Notes: generated from the sequence alone by a model not told the origin. A stretch of 64,000 bases of DNA from Phoronis australis (GCA_002633005.1 NMRA01000822.1:17380-81379); one strand, 5' to 3'; positions 39,631 through 52,831 are shown, counted from the stretch's first letter. Numbers and translations are program-made.

Positions 39631-41872
39631 CAGTGTTCTCCACGACCACTTTTAACGTGTCGCAGCGTCCTGTTTGGCCGAGCGCGCGTCCTGTTTAAAT
39701 GTCCCGCGTCCTGTTTAAAAATCCAGCGTCCTGTTTAAAAATCCCGCGACCGCCAGTTTAAAATATAGGTTCTACTTTGTAAAAAAGACGTCGTCGCCGT
39801 TAATAAGTTCTTCACTGGTTCAAATTACGCTTGACAGCAACTGGCCATAGCCCACTGAAACTGAATAAAGGCTAAGCCTAAGGAAGTCGGTGGTCCGTTG
39901 TGGACAGCCTAATCATCGGACTCAGTCAAGCGGCAGACCGGGCCGCAAGTCTATTTATGATGTAACGCGGCGTGTAAATAATCTCTCGATTATCTTTTCA
40001 ATTCATCCTGAACAACTAGTCAATTTAAACAAAGGCCCAGTGCTACCTATACGCCTAATCCACTACCTGCTCACTGGAGGTGCAGTCCGGCACGAAAGTA
40101 GCTGATCGTTGCGTTAGGCCTTTTCGCTTTTGCAGTCACCTTTTTGTGTTCGGCGGAGAACTAAATCATATTACCCATTGAAAATAAAATAATTAAGGCT
40201 CGGTGGTTAGTTCTGCGAAGTGTATGTTGTCAGCAAAGACACCGTTGCGCAGCCGTTTATGCAACGGCCGTCTTCTGGGAGGCCAGAATTTTGGTTTTCG
40301 TAGCACATTTTTCAATATTCCGTGGGCCCCACGACAGACTTTACCGATACCAGTCTCAAAAACATTTGCATGAAACTGCCTTTGATGGTTCTCATTGGTT
40401 GTTGTTTGTGTATTTCTCACTTAGATGAATATTATTGGTTACTTTTTGTGCCACCGGCCCATTGAGATTGACCGAGTTCATCTCGTTGCCTTATAAGGAG
40501 TTTCGTTGGCAGCATGAACATTATGTTTGTGGCGCATACTCCCTCTAAAAATCTGCCGAGCCGTTCGCAAACTCAACTTCGACAGTGGCTGTGACGTTTG
40601 CGGTTTCGGGGGAGTATTCCGAGATTTGGGACAGCGGGTGACGTCACTGAGTAAAGTTCAAAATATATGTGTTTCGCGCTAAGAAATTGCAGCCAAAATC
40701 AAGTGCTCTCATTGAAATCAAGCGGTAATATCTCGCGTAATCTCGCAGAGTTTTGTTTACCTAGCGTGGTCCTTACGTTAGTGAATTCTATCCTGGCTTC
40801 CGTTACCAATTGACATGCGCATTCTACATACTTAGAAATGTCGTCTGCCGCGCGAAAGCGAAGCACCGCTAAACCTAAGGATTATTTTAAAAACCGAGAG
40901 ATGTTTCAGATACTGACGTTGACTCAGATGCATATACGACAGATAATCCAGGGCCAGATGGTGGTGATATTGCCGGGCTCGGTCAACGAATCGAAGATAT
41001 CCGTGTCACAACCGGTGAACCGAATTTTTGCCGACAACGTCAGACATCGGCAATACAAATGAATACAATTCGCTCTAACATGAGAATAGATGATTTTCAT
41101 CTGGAAGAATGAGTGTGACAATCCAGAAAATTATGGGAATTCCATAGTTGCAAGCGTTTGATAATTCGGTTGATATCTTTTTAGAAATATTGGTTGTCAT
41201 CAACAGGCCTGACACTCCCGTCCAAGTAGGTCTAGATGGAAAAATTGCAAGTGAATTGTTTGTTTTGTTTACCCTACCTAATTTGCATTCAAGGGGACTC
41301 GCGTATTGTGCAGTTTTTACAAGAGTTCTGGTAGTGCAGAAGTGCAATATGTTGTACCGTCTTCAGAACATCGAATTCAGACTTTAAGAATGTGCAAGAT
41401 ATTACACGTACAGACTGAGAGAAAACGTAAACTCTGTTATCAAGACATAAAAATGTGACTGAGTTAACAAAGACACTTCACTTGGACTGTCTACGTCATA
41501 GGAAAAGTTTACTTCTGTGTTAGACTTTTTGTACTTAGTTGACATTGACATCATTATTGAGTAGCCTAATACATTTCCCCATACTGTATCAAACACTCTG
41601 TAGACTTCCATTTCAAAGTCATTGACTGAGCAAATGGGTTATGACATATGTGATATGTTTGTAAATAAGTCCAACTTTTAAAAATAAAAAGTTGAATACA
41701 CACAGTTATTTGTTTGCACTACTGTGCATTACTATTAAAATGAGTGGGTAAAAATAAGGTGCACAAAAAACTGCACACTAGCTTATGGAGAACATTGACC
41801 GCCGCGCGGTTCCGGCACGTTGCAGTTTTTACGCGTGCGACCTGTTTAGATTTTCAGATGTGGAGAACACTG
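39631..41872. mobile_element. Non-autonomous DNA transposon with hAT-like termini and a 5-bp TSD (hAT5-type), 2242 bp
   Basis: Perfect 13-bp TIR CAGTGTTCTCCAC / GTGGAGAACACTG; TSD TAATG on both sides; four subterminal cgtcctgttt repeats at 39666-39735; no intact transposase. Confidence 0.85.
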
Positions 41873-44800
41873 TAATGGCCTTTTTCGAAGTGAACACCAG
41901 GTTATAATGCTAAAAGTAATACTAGGGTCTCACTGCATACACTACTACATCGTACGTCAAAGCAAACAAATTTTTTGGTTGGTTAATTTCGGTGAAATCA
42001 GGAATGTTCTAAAAAAGTTCAGACTTGGGGAGCAAAGAACTTGTGAGACATGCAAGCCAGGTTTATGTACTGTTGAAATGAGGTGTGTGACGACGATGTG
42101 TACCGAGAAAGCGGTGCTGCGGCGTGAAGACGTTTGTAGAAGAAAGTCGCAAACTGATCGGTCTTCTACCCGCCACAGGCAATAGGAAAACATCATTTTT
42201 TAACAAATTCATAGACGTCTACTGATGAAGTTCGATTAGAACCCATTATGTATTGTATTCTGTTCACTCAACGTTATTCTGGCGCAGCAGGAATGCTGCT
42301 GACGTATTATTCTTGCGCGGAGCCCAGAGACCAATTCTATACTGACTAATGAATAAGATGGGGCCATTTTTGTTACGATGAACTAGTGGTCTAAATCAAA
42401 AGTTGGGTTTTGGTAGAAACCCTGAATAATTAGGGTCCGTTACCAGGTGTTTGAATGAAAGTACTGGATCAATTCATAACAAAAAGTTCTTTTTAACTCT
42501 GTTACTTATTGGGAACTACATTGTGGTCAAACTTAAATATTGCGCATTTTGTTATGCTCTGTAATTACTACCAGACAGCATTAATTTCAATCTACTCAAT
42601 ACGTATATCAAGTTATATTGTTCAATAAATGAAAGTCGATGTCCGACCAATTCAATACACTGGTTTAATTGAAATGGTTGCAAAATTTATAGTGAATTTA
42701 GTCCAGTAAACGTAAATTATCAAATCTTTAACCCACCTGTTCGCAAAACCCCTCTCTCTTTTCTTACTTGTCTTATGACACCTAAGGCAGATAAGGCGGA
42801 GTTAAGTCACATTAGGACGTTAAAGTCACAGTCAGTTGTTATTTTCTGCTGTCACAGAAGTTTAACGTTCAACTTTAAAATCGTTTGCACAGTGAATACA
42901 TGCATGATCTCAAAGCCGTCATTTCTTCAGGCGAACTTGTTTGAAAGTGTCAATCGGTGCGTGTTTATATAGGTTGTTTAACGTTTGTACCAGGACAATG
43001 GGGAGGCGTATTTCAATGACGTCGGAACAAAGACTTGTTTTTCAAGGAAAAAGCGTAATCGAGGCAGCCAGCTTATTCGTGTGTACGTCGAAATTCCTCG
43101 AAAACTGCAACGTGGCATTTACGCAACATGTCAAGCTGGCGTCTGGAGATCTACATTGTCACCCTCCTAAAATCTGTTCGTGGTGGCGCGAATGAAAACT
43201 TGAACTGACGCAGGCCGATTGTCCATTTGTGGTTATGTACCGCTAGTATATTCATTTTATTGTTTCACACGTGTGATCAAGTCACCATTTATACTTCCTA
43301 TTTTAAACTCAAAAGTATATTATTATAACATTGCCATTCACTGTCACCACTAAAATTTCCCCGGCCCATGAGACCCCCCACCCCCCACCCCCCATAGAAA
43401 TGGCCGCACATTATTCGCATTTTCCATTCTTCTGCTGCTCGATCCAGAGATACTAAATTCTAATGACGTAATTACTGAAAAATTGGTCGCAACCCCAAAA
43501 ACGAGCCATCGATTGTGGTTTCCACTGGTAGTTTTATAGGGGTGGGGGCAAGGGGGCCATGGCCCACTCTAAATTTTTCCCGGATTCCATTTTGCAGTTT
43601 GTCCACAACCGATTCCGAGAATGTTCACGTGTCGAATTGGCAATACAGAGTTTGTCATGGTCAGTGATTTCTCAGCTGTAAATGTAGAGGTCCGTGATAA
43701 TCACAAAAACGCTCCATTCAAAGGGGCTCAAATAATTTTGAAAACACTGGAATAAAGAGCTTATAAAATAAGGCATATTGAACGTATTCCGGTATTATGC
43801 ATAGTAGAATTACGTGCGCTGATCTGGCTTAGGTCTCTTGTGACCATGTTTACTGAAAAATAAATGCTAGTTTAAAAGGTTATTCAAATGTCATACAGAG
43901 CAAATAACTGTACAGCAGGCGGTACTACATTTGGGGCACAAGAAATATAAAAATGTGCCAGTTTCCGTATATACGCCTTTGGAAAAAATTCCGGTAGAGT
44001 TTAAATTTCTATACACTCAAAATTAATCAGGCAGAATGTTGGGTCTAGAGATGAAGAAGCCAAGTCGAAATAGACTAAAACAAGAGTGCAAGTTGGAACA
44101 GGCGTGTACAGCGCTTCAGGCCCGTGATAGGGCCACGACGATTCCTCGATGTTTCCTCACTGACGCTGCGCATGCGCATGCCCCCGCTTCCAATCATCTG
44201 CTTCATAAGTTGCAATATTTTCGTTTTTGAGTAATTTCGTGTTCATGCTTCTTGCCAAAATGCACAGCTGCGATTCCTTTGACGGATACGTACAAGGTAT
44301 GAATGCTTGGGTACGTGACTTACAGTAATTTCCAACCCTTTCGTAGGCTACAAGCTTTGTGTTCTGCCGAATACATCGTCCATAGGTGACTTACATGTAA
44401 TCGTATTTGGCAAAGCACTTCATTGATTCGCTTTAACAAAGCGAAAGAACATGTTCATCAACGTTTCACATGCGCGCACCCAGGGGGGCTCTGGGGCCTC
44501 GAAACAAAAATCGGAGAAATCGAGACAAAAGTCCACTACAAAGGCAGGAATTTTATGAATTCGGCGAATGCACAATTCATAATTCTGAAAGTACCCCGTT
44601 TTTTCAGTAAAAAGTCAACATTTTCAAAAAATTGAACCCCTTATATTTTAGGCTGTGTGTGTGCATCTGCACAATGCAACAGTATTTTTAATTCATATGT
44701 CGGAATACCATCCTTAAGTTGCAGCCGAATTATGGACAGTTGATCGACAGTTTTTTCGAGTACAGTATGTAAGTCAAACACAAAATGACACACTCAAGGC

Positions 44801-46699
44801 CGCCTGCCTTCTACATCAGTGGTCTCAGAAGGAAATATTCTGTTCATGTATAGAAATTGTGTCACGAACTTCTTATAGCAATATGTCACCATGGTGACGG
44901 TTTGATTTTAATTTTGTGTCCAGTGTCAGAAGAAATAATCCAGCTTGTGGAAATCAAACAAGGTAGGCTGACTACAATTTTGAATTTCATTTATTATCTC
45001 GCTGAAACGTATTAAAGGCGTAAATCAGTCCAAGTACCAGTAGATAGATCCCACCATCACTAGTGTTTTTCTGTCATTTCTATCGTTATGTTGAAAGTTA
45101 TATTCCAAACATCTCGTTAATGAGTACCGTATGGTGTGTCACGTGGTGCTCATAGTTTTGGTCACTTTACGGTTGTTCTAGTCAGAAAAATTCAAAGTTT
45201 GTCTCCAATAAGCGGACGATTTGTCGAACCTAAATTTTTACCTAAAGGTTCACCGGTGGCCAAAACAAAACGAATGATCCAAAACAAGTGTTTGTGTACA
45301 TTGTATTGATTTCATCAAATTCGAATCACTTGTTCGGTAAACAACGTGAAAGCCTGACGGACCCAAAATACAACATTACAAATTTTTAAGTTTATGTTCC
45401 GTTCCTCAGTGTTCGCCTCTTCAATGCCGAATAGTAGATTTAGACCATCCGTAATGCAAAACCTTCCCCCTTACAAAATTGCCCATACCAGGGCCCCCAA
45501 AGCGCAACACAAGCACTTTTAGTTAACAAATATTCGCTAAATTTTCGATGCATGTTTGGCTGTGTCTTAAATATCGCGCTTGCCCCTGCGCCACGCCACA
45601 TAAAGGGGACTCTTACTCTACCAATTCTCCCCGCCTCTTACGTCCTTGTTTAGTGGAGGGAGCGCTGCCCAAAACTTTGCAAGTGGAACGAGCTCCCCTG
45701 CCCCTGCTTCCTAAACGTATGAATTTGCACACACATTAAACTGATTCGCCTTCAATTGTCGGCGCAGACCCGCCCTCCCCGTCCTTCCCCTTGCAATTTT
45801 TACGGCCTTTCTCCACCGGCACTGATATGTCGCAAACCGAAATTAAACCGAGCGTTTATGAGCTTGAATTTGTTGCTTCTCTAACACCGATTCAATCAAT
45901 TGTTGGATAAATGCTATTCATTTAGAATCGATTATGCACTTATGTAACAAAATTTTGGTGAACAATGAGAAAATAAAGATAATATTACAGAACTCTAGAC
46001 AAGAAGCATTAAGTTGTGTCAGCACAAATCCTTTGAGACAGCAGACGTGAAAACTTTGAATTTGTATCATTACTTTATTTACGAGTTTAAATTTGTACTT
46101 TAAAATGCTTATTTTGCTGTTTTGCCATTTTTCATGCATATCTAATATTTCAAGAAGCCACCGAAGTTTAATTTGATTTTATACGGGACACATTTGTAGA
46201 GTGTACGATGTAGGAAGGAGGCCAACACACTTTCAAAAGGTAACGCGAGCTATGATGGCGACCGCTAAATTTACTGTGTAATTTCCTCGGTGTGGTAGTT
46301 AGAGGACCGTACCAGGGGGAACCTCAGCATACCGACGGGAGGAAAAAATAGAACATTGCAGGCGGCCCAATACCTGAACAGCATCGGGCGTGTGCAGGCC
46401 GCATAGGTCGGGTCAATTGCATAAAACACCCGATTTAAAACACACGAGAACCCTCTTATGTAAGTATAGTAATTAGGTTCTTCCAGAGGGAGCTTGCAGA
46501 AACCCGTACCCAAGTACCAAGGACCATGTGGTAGATAAGTTTTACACTTAACATGTTTTTTATCTTCTATAAATAAAGTTATTATTATTATTATTATATT
46601 ATAAGTAGGCTACATACATTCATCTGCTACGGATGCTAGGCATTTGAATCCCCCCAGTCCCCTATGCTGCACCGCCCATGACGGATGATAGATATTTAT

Positions 46700-47150
46700 T
46701 TGAACCAAGTTACAATTCACAGATAGCGTCCACAATAACCACCGCTTCCGCTTGTCTGGAAAGTTCACTTAACTTTCTGTCCATGAGGGTCGGTGATTTC
46801 CCAGAGCAAGTTTGGTCATCTCACTTTCACTTCCGGCTAAGCAGTGATTCCCCAGAACAAATGTCCACAGCAGAAGCTGCTCCCATGCACTGTGTATAAG
46901 ATCCTCAAAACGAGGGTAAAACACGACAAATATCCAGACAAACGAGAAGGCTACATTCATTTGCCCCTCGTGCTTGGTATTTTGGTCCAAAGGAAGTGGG
47001 GGCTGCACAAGCAACAAACAAAATCGGTCAGTGACTAACAGGGAGAAGTCGGTATTCCTAGCTATTCTGTTGCTGGTCTCCCCTAAGTCTGAGCTTGCGC
47101 ATCAGGTGAAGAAGTATTGACACCTCTCACTTATTCCATTGACCCAGGGA
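46700..47150 (-). mobile_element. Highly decayed GIY-YIG / Penelope-like 3' fragment
   Basis: Broken peptides CQYFFT.CASSDLGETSNR, KHEGQMNVAF and ESLLSRK resemble the endonuclease tail of Penelope-like elements. Confidence 0.3.
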
Positions 47151-48588
47151 GAATGTACGTTGACAGAGATATTATTTCTTAAAAGTTAGTTTGGCAAAGA
47201 AGCCTTGGTGAAATGTACAGCAACAGGACAATAATAGGCAAGTATAAAGCCTTGACCGTCTATCGTACCCGTTGCAGTAATAATATCAACTACAATCAAA
47301 TTGATTTAGTTGAATTCATGGCAAGTTTGTTTGTTAGAATGATTGACAAGTTTTACGGAAAATTTAAAGATGTATTTGCATGCTCCTAATTATGCCAATG
47401 TATAACAGACACTAAAAAGCAATGCTATTTTGACGAAATCTACAAAGCGTAGTTGTATAAATTGACAACTTGTAAACGTGAAAACCAAGAAAATGCAAAT
47501 AGGTGACCTTTGCACTAATGAGGTACCTCGCGAGCTCAGGTAACCTGCATCATGCCGCGTTGTTCGCCGACGTTACATCAGGAAACTTTCTGCATACGAT
47601 GCAGTGGCTTGTGGCGGATCAATGTTGCTACAAAACTCGTTCTTAAAAACATTCGTCAATTTTCAGCTTACTTCATATTTGTCGCAACATGTTGAGTTTC
47701 TAACTAATTTGACCAAGCAAACAGAATTAGCCTGCAAGTTCAACTTGATGACGTGTCAAATATGGGCACGTGTCTTCTTCCTGTTGCGTTCGTTTACCCA
47801 ATACTTGACGCCAATGAAGTTGTTCTTTACAATTCAGGCCAAAATCAATGTAATACTTCGGTTCGGGTACAATTAAGTGGAAAATATTCTTTTGGCATCA
47901 TTTTCGACACGGCTACAATTTCAGTTCAAAGTTACAACCAGAAAAAAGATAATTGTGTTCAGTTATGGAGAAAACATGTGACTGAATATTTCGATTGATG
48001 ATTACGGAAATTATTACATGCACGAAACTCTTATCCAAACTTTTCCAATTACACGACTTTCGAAATAAATCCAAGATTTTTCACCAACCGAGATCTCTGC
48101 AACTTCCACCAACATGACGTTTTTACACAAAACTTATCAAGGATGTTTTTTTGATTATACATGCAACGAATTTCTCGTTGATTTTTAATAAAGCCAAACG
48201 TTTGACAGTCAGTAGTCAAGACTTCCAGCCTTTTAGGATTATTGATGTCTCCAGTCTCTTCTCACTTAAACATGTCGCCCCCTTTTGTTAAACCAAGGAT
48301 TTGCTGCTTCTACATCAGATTCCGGTGTACATGTAACCTTAAAATTCTCCGTGTATGCTTTACAGAGTTTCATTCAATGTGCTTAAAATCACCAACTCCA
48401 TATCAACTCCCACACCCTAAAAAAAACATCAGCTGTCCATTAGATCACGTGCGAGCACTATCTGACAAACATTACTTAGTTTTTTCGAAACATACTAAGT
48501 AAAATTGGGTCAACCCATTATAACATTTGTCATTCTCTATTGTGTTTAGTGAAAATGCCGCCAGATGTTGCTCGTTTTCCCGTAGTTG

Positions 48589-48780
48589 ATGGTATAATAA
48601 GGAAAGGCGTTATTAGCGGTTGTGACAAATAGAATTCGATCACGATGTGACTCTTTCCACTTTCTCGCGGGACATCAGAGAAGCACAGAGATGGCTCGAG
48701 TTTGTGCAAAAATCTCGCGTGTTGGTGAACATGACACACTGGCGTTGGGTACGTTCATACGTCACAGCCACGTCAGTGAA
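48589..48780 (+). pseudogene. Decayed THAP zinc-finger fragment, likely from a DNA transposon
   Basis: Broken reading frame RKGVISGCDK...HDVTLSTFSRDIREAQRWLEFVQKSR...FIRHSHVSE follows THAP spacing (C..GC, FP.D, W..FV, CS.HF) with degraded ligands. Confidence 0.4.
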
Positions 48781-48952
48781 GTTAAGAAATTTTCGATTGA
48801 AGTCGCTTTTCTTCTATTTTTTGGGACATTGAATACAGGATTACGATATGAAATGCTATAAAGGAAGGTTTCATGACGCTGGTTGAAATGGTGGTAAAAC
48901 ATTTATTTTGGCTACAAAATTAGTCGTGAATGTTGTATTACATTCTAGCCAT

Positions 48953-50393
48953 TTACTCACTTTTAAAACGAGCGTTGCCTTGGTATTGCCTTCTATGATT
49001 GTTTGACAGTTCCACGTTGCCAATTCGCTCATATATGTGACACAACTTCCTATGACATTTAGAAATCGTTGGATGACGAACGTTACCGAAGAGTCGCAGT
49101 CTCATTTCCAACGCATCTTCGGTATACTTCAACGCTACGTCCAGTTTACGCATTTTCTTGTTCACAAGACCGAGGTTGAATAGAGTAGCCGCCACGCTTG
49201 CGTCATCCGCCGAACCGAACACTCGCCTCTTCATCTCCAGCGACTGCTGCAGATAGTCGATAGCCTTTTCGTAGGGTTTCTTTACGCAATACACGGCTCC
49301 TACATTATTTAGGCTTTTTGCAATAGCAATATGGTCGCCAACCGCCACATATTTCAGGGCTGTGTGCAGAGATTCCATGTAGTGCACCAAAGCTTGGTCA
49401 TTATCGTGTTTTTCTACTAGATAGATACAAGCTATGATATTTATGCATTTTACGGACCGGAGGTCTTGTATGCCGAGTCTTTCTCTCACATCTACAGATT
49501 CTTTCAAATACTGAAGTGCCCTATCCACATTCATGGTGCAGGTGTACGATCGGCCAATCTTTTCTAAGCTAGTCGCTAAACTAGGATCGTCGCAGTGACC
49601 ATATAGTCGCTTACACATATCTATGCCCCGAAGAAGATACTGTAGTGTTTTTTCGAACTCTTTCATTTCAAAATAGACCTTCCCGATGTAATTTAAACTC
49701 GATGCAATGTCAGGATNAAGTTCCTGAAGTAATCGGTATCCCTTGTGTCATCTTCCACTAAAATTCCCCATTCAATGTCTGAGTAAGGAGTTGATTCACC
49801 TCGCGCCAGTGACCCCAACGCAATCACGGCATACTCTTGCGGGGGACATCCCAACATGTCTTTGCTTAAGGAAATAATATAACGGAATAAACCTGCCAGT
49901 TCTTGCGTGAGATCCGTAAACAGCGATTGTACGTGGTCTATAAATTCTCTCTCACTATGCATGCGCTCAGTGTCTGTAACCTCGAAACTAAAGTTGGCAG
50001 TGAATGTTTCTAATATACCGACAGCCCCGTTGGCAAAGGTCTGTCTTATTTGGTTTAACCTTAGTTTGACATCACTCGTAAACTCCGAGGGCAAGTGTTT
50101 TGTTGGTATTGACAACGCTTTGCAGAAAGCCGTCTCCGTCTGTATCAGCAGCTTTTCAAGGTTTTCAGTTAAGTCTGGATTACCTGTTCTTAACAGCGCG
50201 GCGTTCACGAGAGCAACTGCGACGACAAAGTTGTCCAGGCCTGCATCTTTCATTAACAAGCCCCTCTCAAAGAACACTTCTGCCATTTCTTTAAGCAGCA
50301 TCGACTCTCTTTCTTTGTCTTCACTAGTTCCTTCACTCAGAATCAATGTCGCTAGTTCATTTTCTCGCCTTTTTAGCTCAATGAGACGTTGAT
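48953..50393 (-). CDS. Nucleotidyltransferase-TPR paralogue C main exon; central part absent at the N junction 49717
   Basis: The 5' part has YAVIALGSLARGESTPYSDIEWGIL...YFRN. After the N the sequence resumes in TPRs (PDIASSLNYIGKVYFEMKE...) and runs to a C-terminus homologous to A and B. Neither part has internal stops. Phase-1 acceptor gttgcag at 50395-50394. Confidence 0.85.
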
Positions 50394-50440
50394 CTGCAAC
50401 AGCAAACGGGGAATGTTTAAGGAAACTATTAATCAAGAAA

Positions 50441-50680
50441 CAGTTCAAAGACAACTGAATTAGCAAATCTTGAAATTCAGTCAATTTTAAGATGAAACTT
50501 AAATTTGTCTAAAATGTATTTCAATAAAGAGATTTTATGTTTGACTTAATTTTTTACTTACGTTTTGTCTTAATTTTGACTATCTTATCGCATGTAAAAG
50601 TTTCAAAGTTTGAAAGTGAAGACAAATCTTAGATTCAAGTACAAAATGAACTTAAGTCAGTTTCTTGGAACAGGCTCATA
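50441..50680. mobile_element. MITE of the same family as 8191-8444, in the intron of paralogue C
   Basis: The reverse complement begins gagcctgttccaagaaactgacttaagttcatt...taagatttgtctt...aaactttgaaactt, matching the copy at 8194. Confidence 0.7.
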
Positions 50681-51124
50681 AAATGTTGCCGGAAAGATAC
50701 AAACAGTGATATCAATTTTTATTAAGACAGTCACTGCAATTAAAAATACACTAAGTTTTGAAAGAAAAAGGTGATAATTGTCAAAAAGGATTTAACCAAA
50801 CAATTATGAGTTCAAGGCAATCTAAAAAAAAAACTTCAAGAAATTAACACAGTAACTAGCTGTTCTAAGCGATTTTGTTCTGTTGAGATTTGTTTTTTCA
50901 GAAATAGTTGTGCGTAGTGTACGACCAAATTTTGGCGAGAAAACATTTTATTCAGAATTAGCAGTGCCGCTGAATCAACGACACTAACTCCACACTAGCA
51001 GAAGAATGGTGCAACGCTAAGTAAGTGTGAAACTGGTCATTTAGTGACTTTTGTGTACTGCATCAAACGTCATTCAATAGCAAGGGCTCATTAAAAATAA
51101 GTAAAAGGATCAATGGGACTTTAC

Positions 51125-51143
51125 CGTCTTCGGGATCATCCAT
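51125..51143 (-). CDS. First coding exon of paralogue C (MDDPED)
   Basis: gcaaagATGG Kozak context, then ATG GAT GAT CCC GAA GAC G|gtaaag. The phase-1 donor joins in frame to ag|AT CAA CGT at 50393 (MDDPEDDQRLIELKRRE). A CCAAT box lies ~80 nt upstream. Confidence 0.65.
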
Positions 51144-51854
51144 CTTTGCCTTTTCCAGCTCCCTCAAGGACCTTTTGGTAAGTATACGGCTGTCCTTCAA
51201 CGTATGCGAAATGAACCTTTTGTGATTGGTAAAACGTCAAGTGATCCAGATGAGCTGTCATCAATGAAATAAAGAAATAAATCAGACTGATTTGGTTCAA
51301 TGACAGAGACTGCGCAGTAGATTCACATGTCGGCCGCCGTGCGGGTGCACCACCGTCAAATGACCTCCCCACCTACAACCCTAGTGAGTGGCGCGAATCA
51401 GCCAGGAAGTCTCTGCTCGAAACTAGCTATTACAAAGGTTACATGTAGATGCAAAGCTTGTCGTTTAACGGACGTTTTTTGTGTTTTGCTTTTCTCTGTA
51501 CGGCCACTGACGCAACGCCACCAGTCGTTCACGTCCTTAAATTATTCAGAGGTAGACCTGAACTAAGTGCCCAGATCTCAGCTGCCAATAGGCTGGCCGC
51601 TGCATTCGCACGCTTCATGAACTGCTCAAAAAGCCGCTGAAGTCTTCAAAGTGTCTTCATGTGCCACTTCATTATGCCTGCTGGGACAAAAACAACTAAC
51701 CCTCTAACAACAATTGCAGCGATTTAACTTAAGAGCTGACTAAATAACAATCGGCATAGAGGTGTTGTTTCCATTGTTAATTTGACCTACAAAACCACAC
51801 AAAAATGACTGTAGGGCCTACATTGTTGTCTCCGTCAGAGTGCAGCAGTCGCCC

Positions 51855-52831
51855 TCTTGCTCAACAAGGTTTAGTCACCACAGGCAGTCTACGGTAAAAT
51901 TGAGCCTTGAACAGTGATATTAGTGCAGGAGTCCTGGAAGGTCTCAGGCTTTGATGGGCCTGTCATGCGAGGCATGGGGTCTAGGACACCATCATCGTGC
52001 ATTTAGTGTTATATGGCATGTTCTTGTAATTACAACGGTATGATTAAAGTGGTCTAACACTCTCATGGCTTCTGTCTCATAACGTATAGCTTATTGTGGA
52101 GATCAAACGTAGAACTCAATCTAACTGCAGATTACTCACGTTCAGGACCGTCAAACCATCGAAGAAGTAAATATGGCGTCAGGGAAAATCCGTCGCTTTC
52201 GATTCCAAGTCGACTCGCCTTGTTTACCTGATTCGGTAGTTTCCGTGCATTGACGCCGCGGCAAAATAGCTAACCAGAGTGTCGGGATGCGGAATGAAAC
52301 GTTAATCCTCGTCTAGGATTTACNNNNNNNNNNNNNNNNNNNNNNNNNNNNNNNNTCTTGCTCAACAAGGTTTAGTCACCACAGGCAGTCTACGGTAAAA
52401 TTGAGCCTTGAACAGTGATATTAGTGCAGGAGTCCTGGAAGGTCTCAGGCTTTGATGGGCCTGTCATGCGAGGCATGGGGTCTAGGACACCATCATCGTG
52501 CATTTAGTGTTATATGGCACGTTCTTGTAATTACAACGGTATGATTAAAGTGGTCTAACACTCTCATGGCTTCTGCCTTGCATTATAACGTACATAGCTT
52601 ATTGTGGAGATCAAACGTAGAACTCAATCTAACTGCAGGTTACTCACGTTCAGGACCGTCAAACCATCGAAAAAGTAAATATGGCGTCAGGGAAAATCCG
52701 TCGCTTTCGATTCCAAGTCGACTCGCCTTGTTTACCTGATTCGGTAGTTTCCGTGCATTGACGCCGCGGCAAAATAGCTAACCAGATTGTCGGGATGCGG
52801 AATGAAACGTTAATCCTCGTCTAGGATTTAC
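51855..52831. repeat. ~470-bp duplication flanking the N gap (probable haplotype overlap)
   Basis: 51855-52323 and 52356-52831 are near-identical and abut gap 52324-52355. Confidence 0.85.

Noticed and set aside
42941-43195. Second THAP-like remnant (VNRCVFI/GC ... FVCTSKF)
   Set aside because: Too degenerate to support without a profile search.
19529-51143. Bacterial contamination
   Set aside because: Conserved spliceosomal acceptors, an upstream ATG exon and interspersed animal LINEs, SINEs and MITEs show host integration.
51855-52831. Biological tandem duplication (also 61567-62232)
   Set aside because: Copies abut N junctions exactly and are near-identical, which is typical of unmerged haplotype overlaps.
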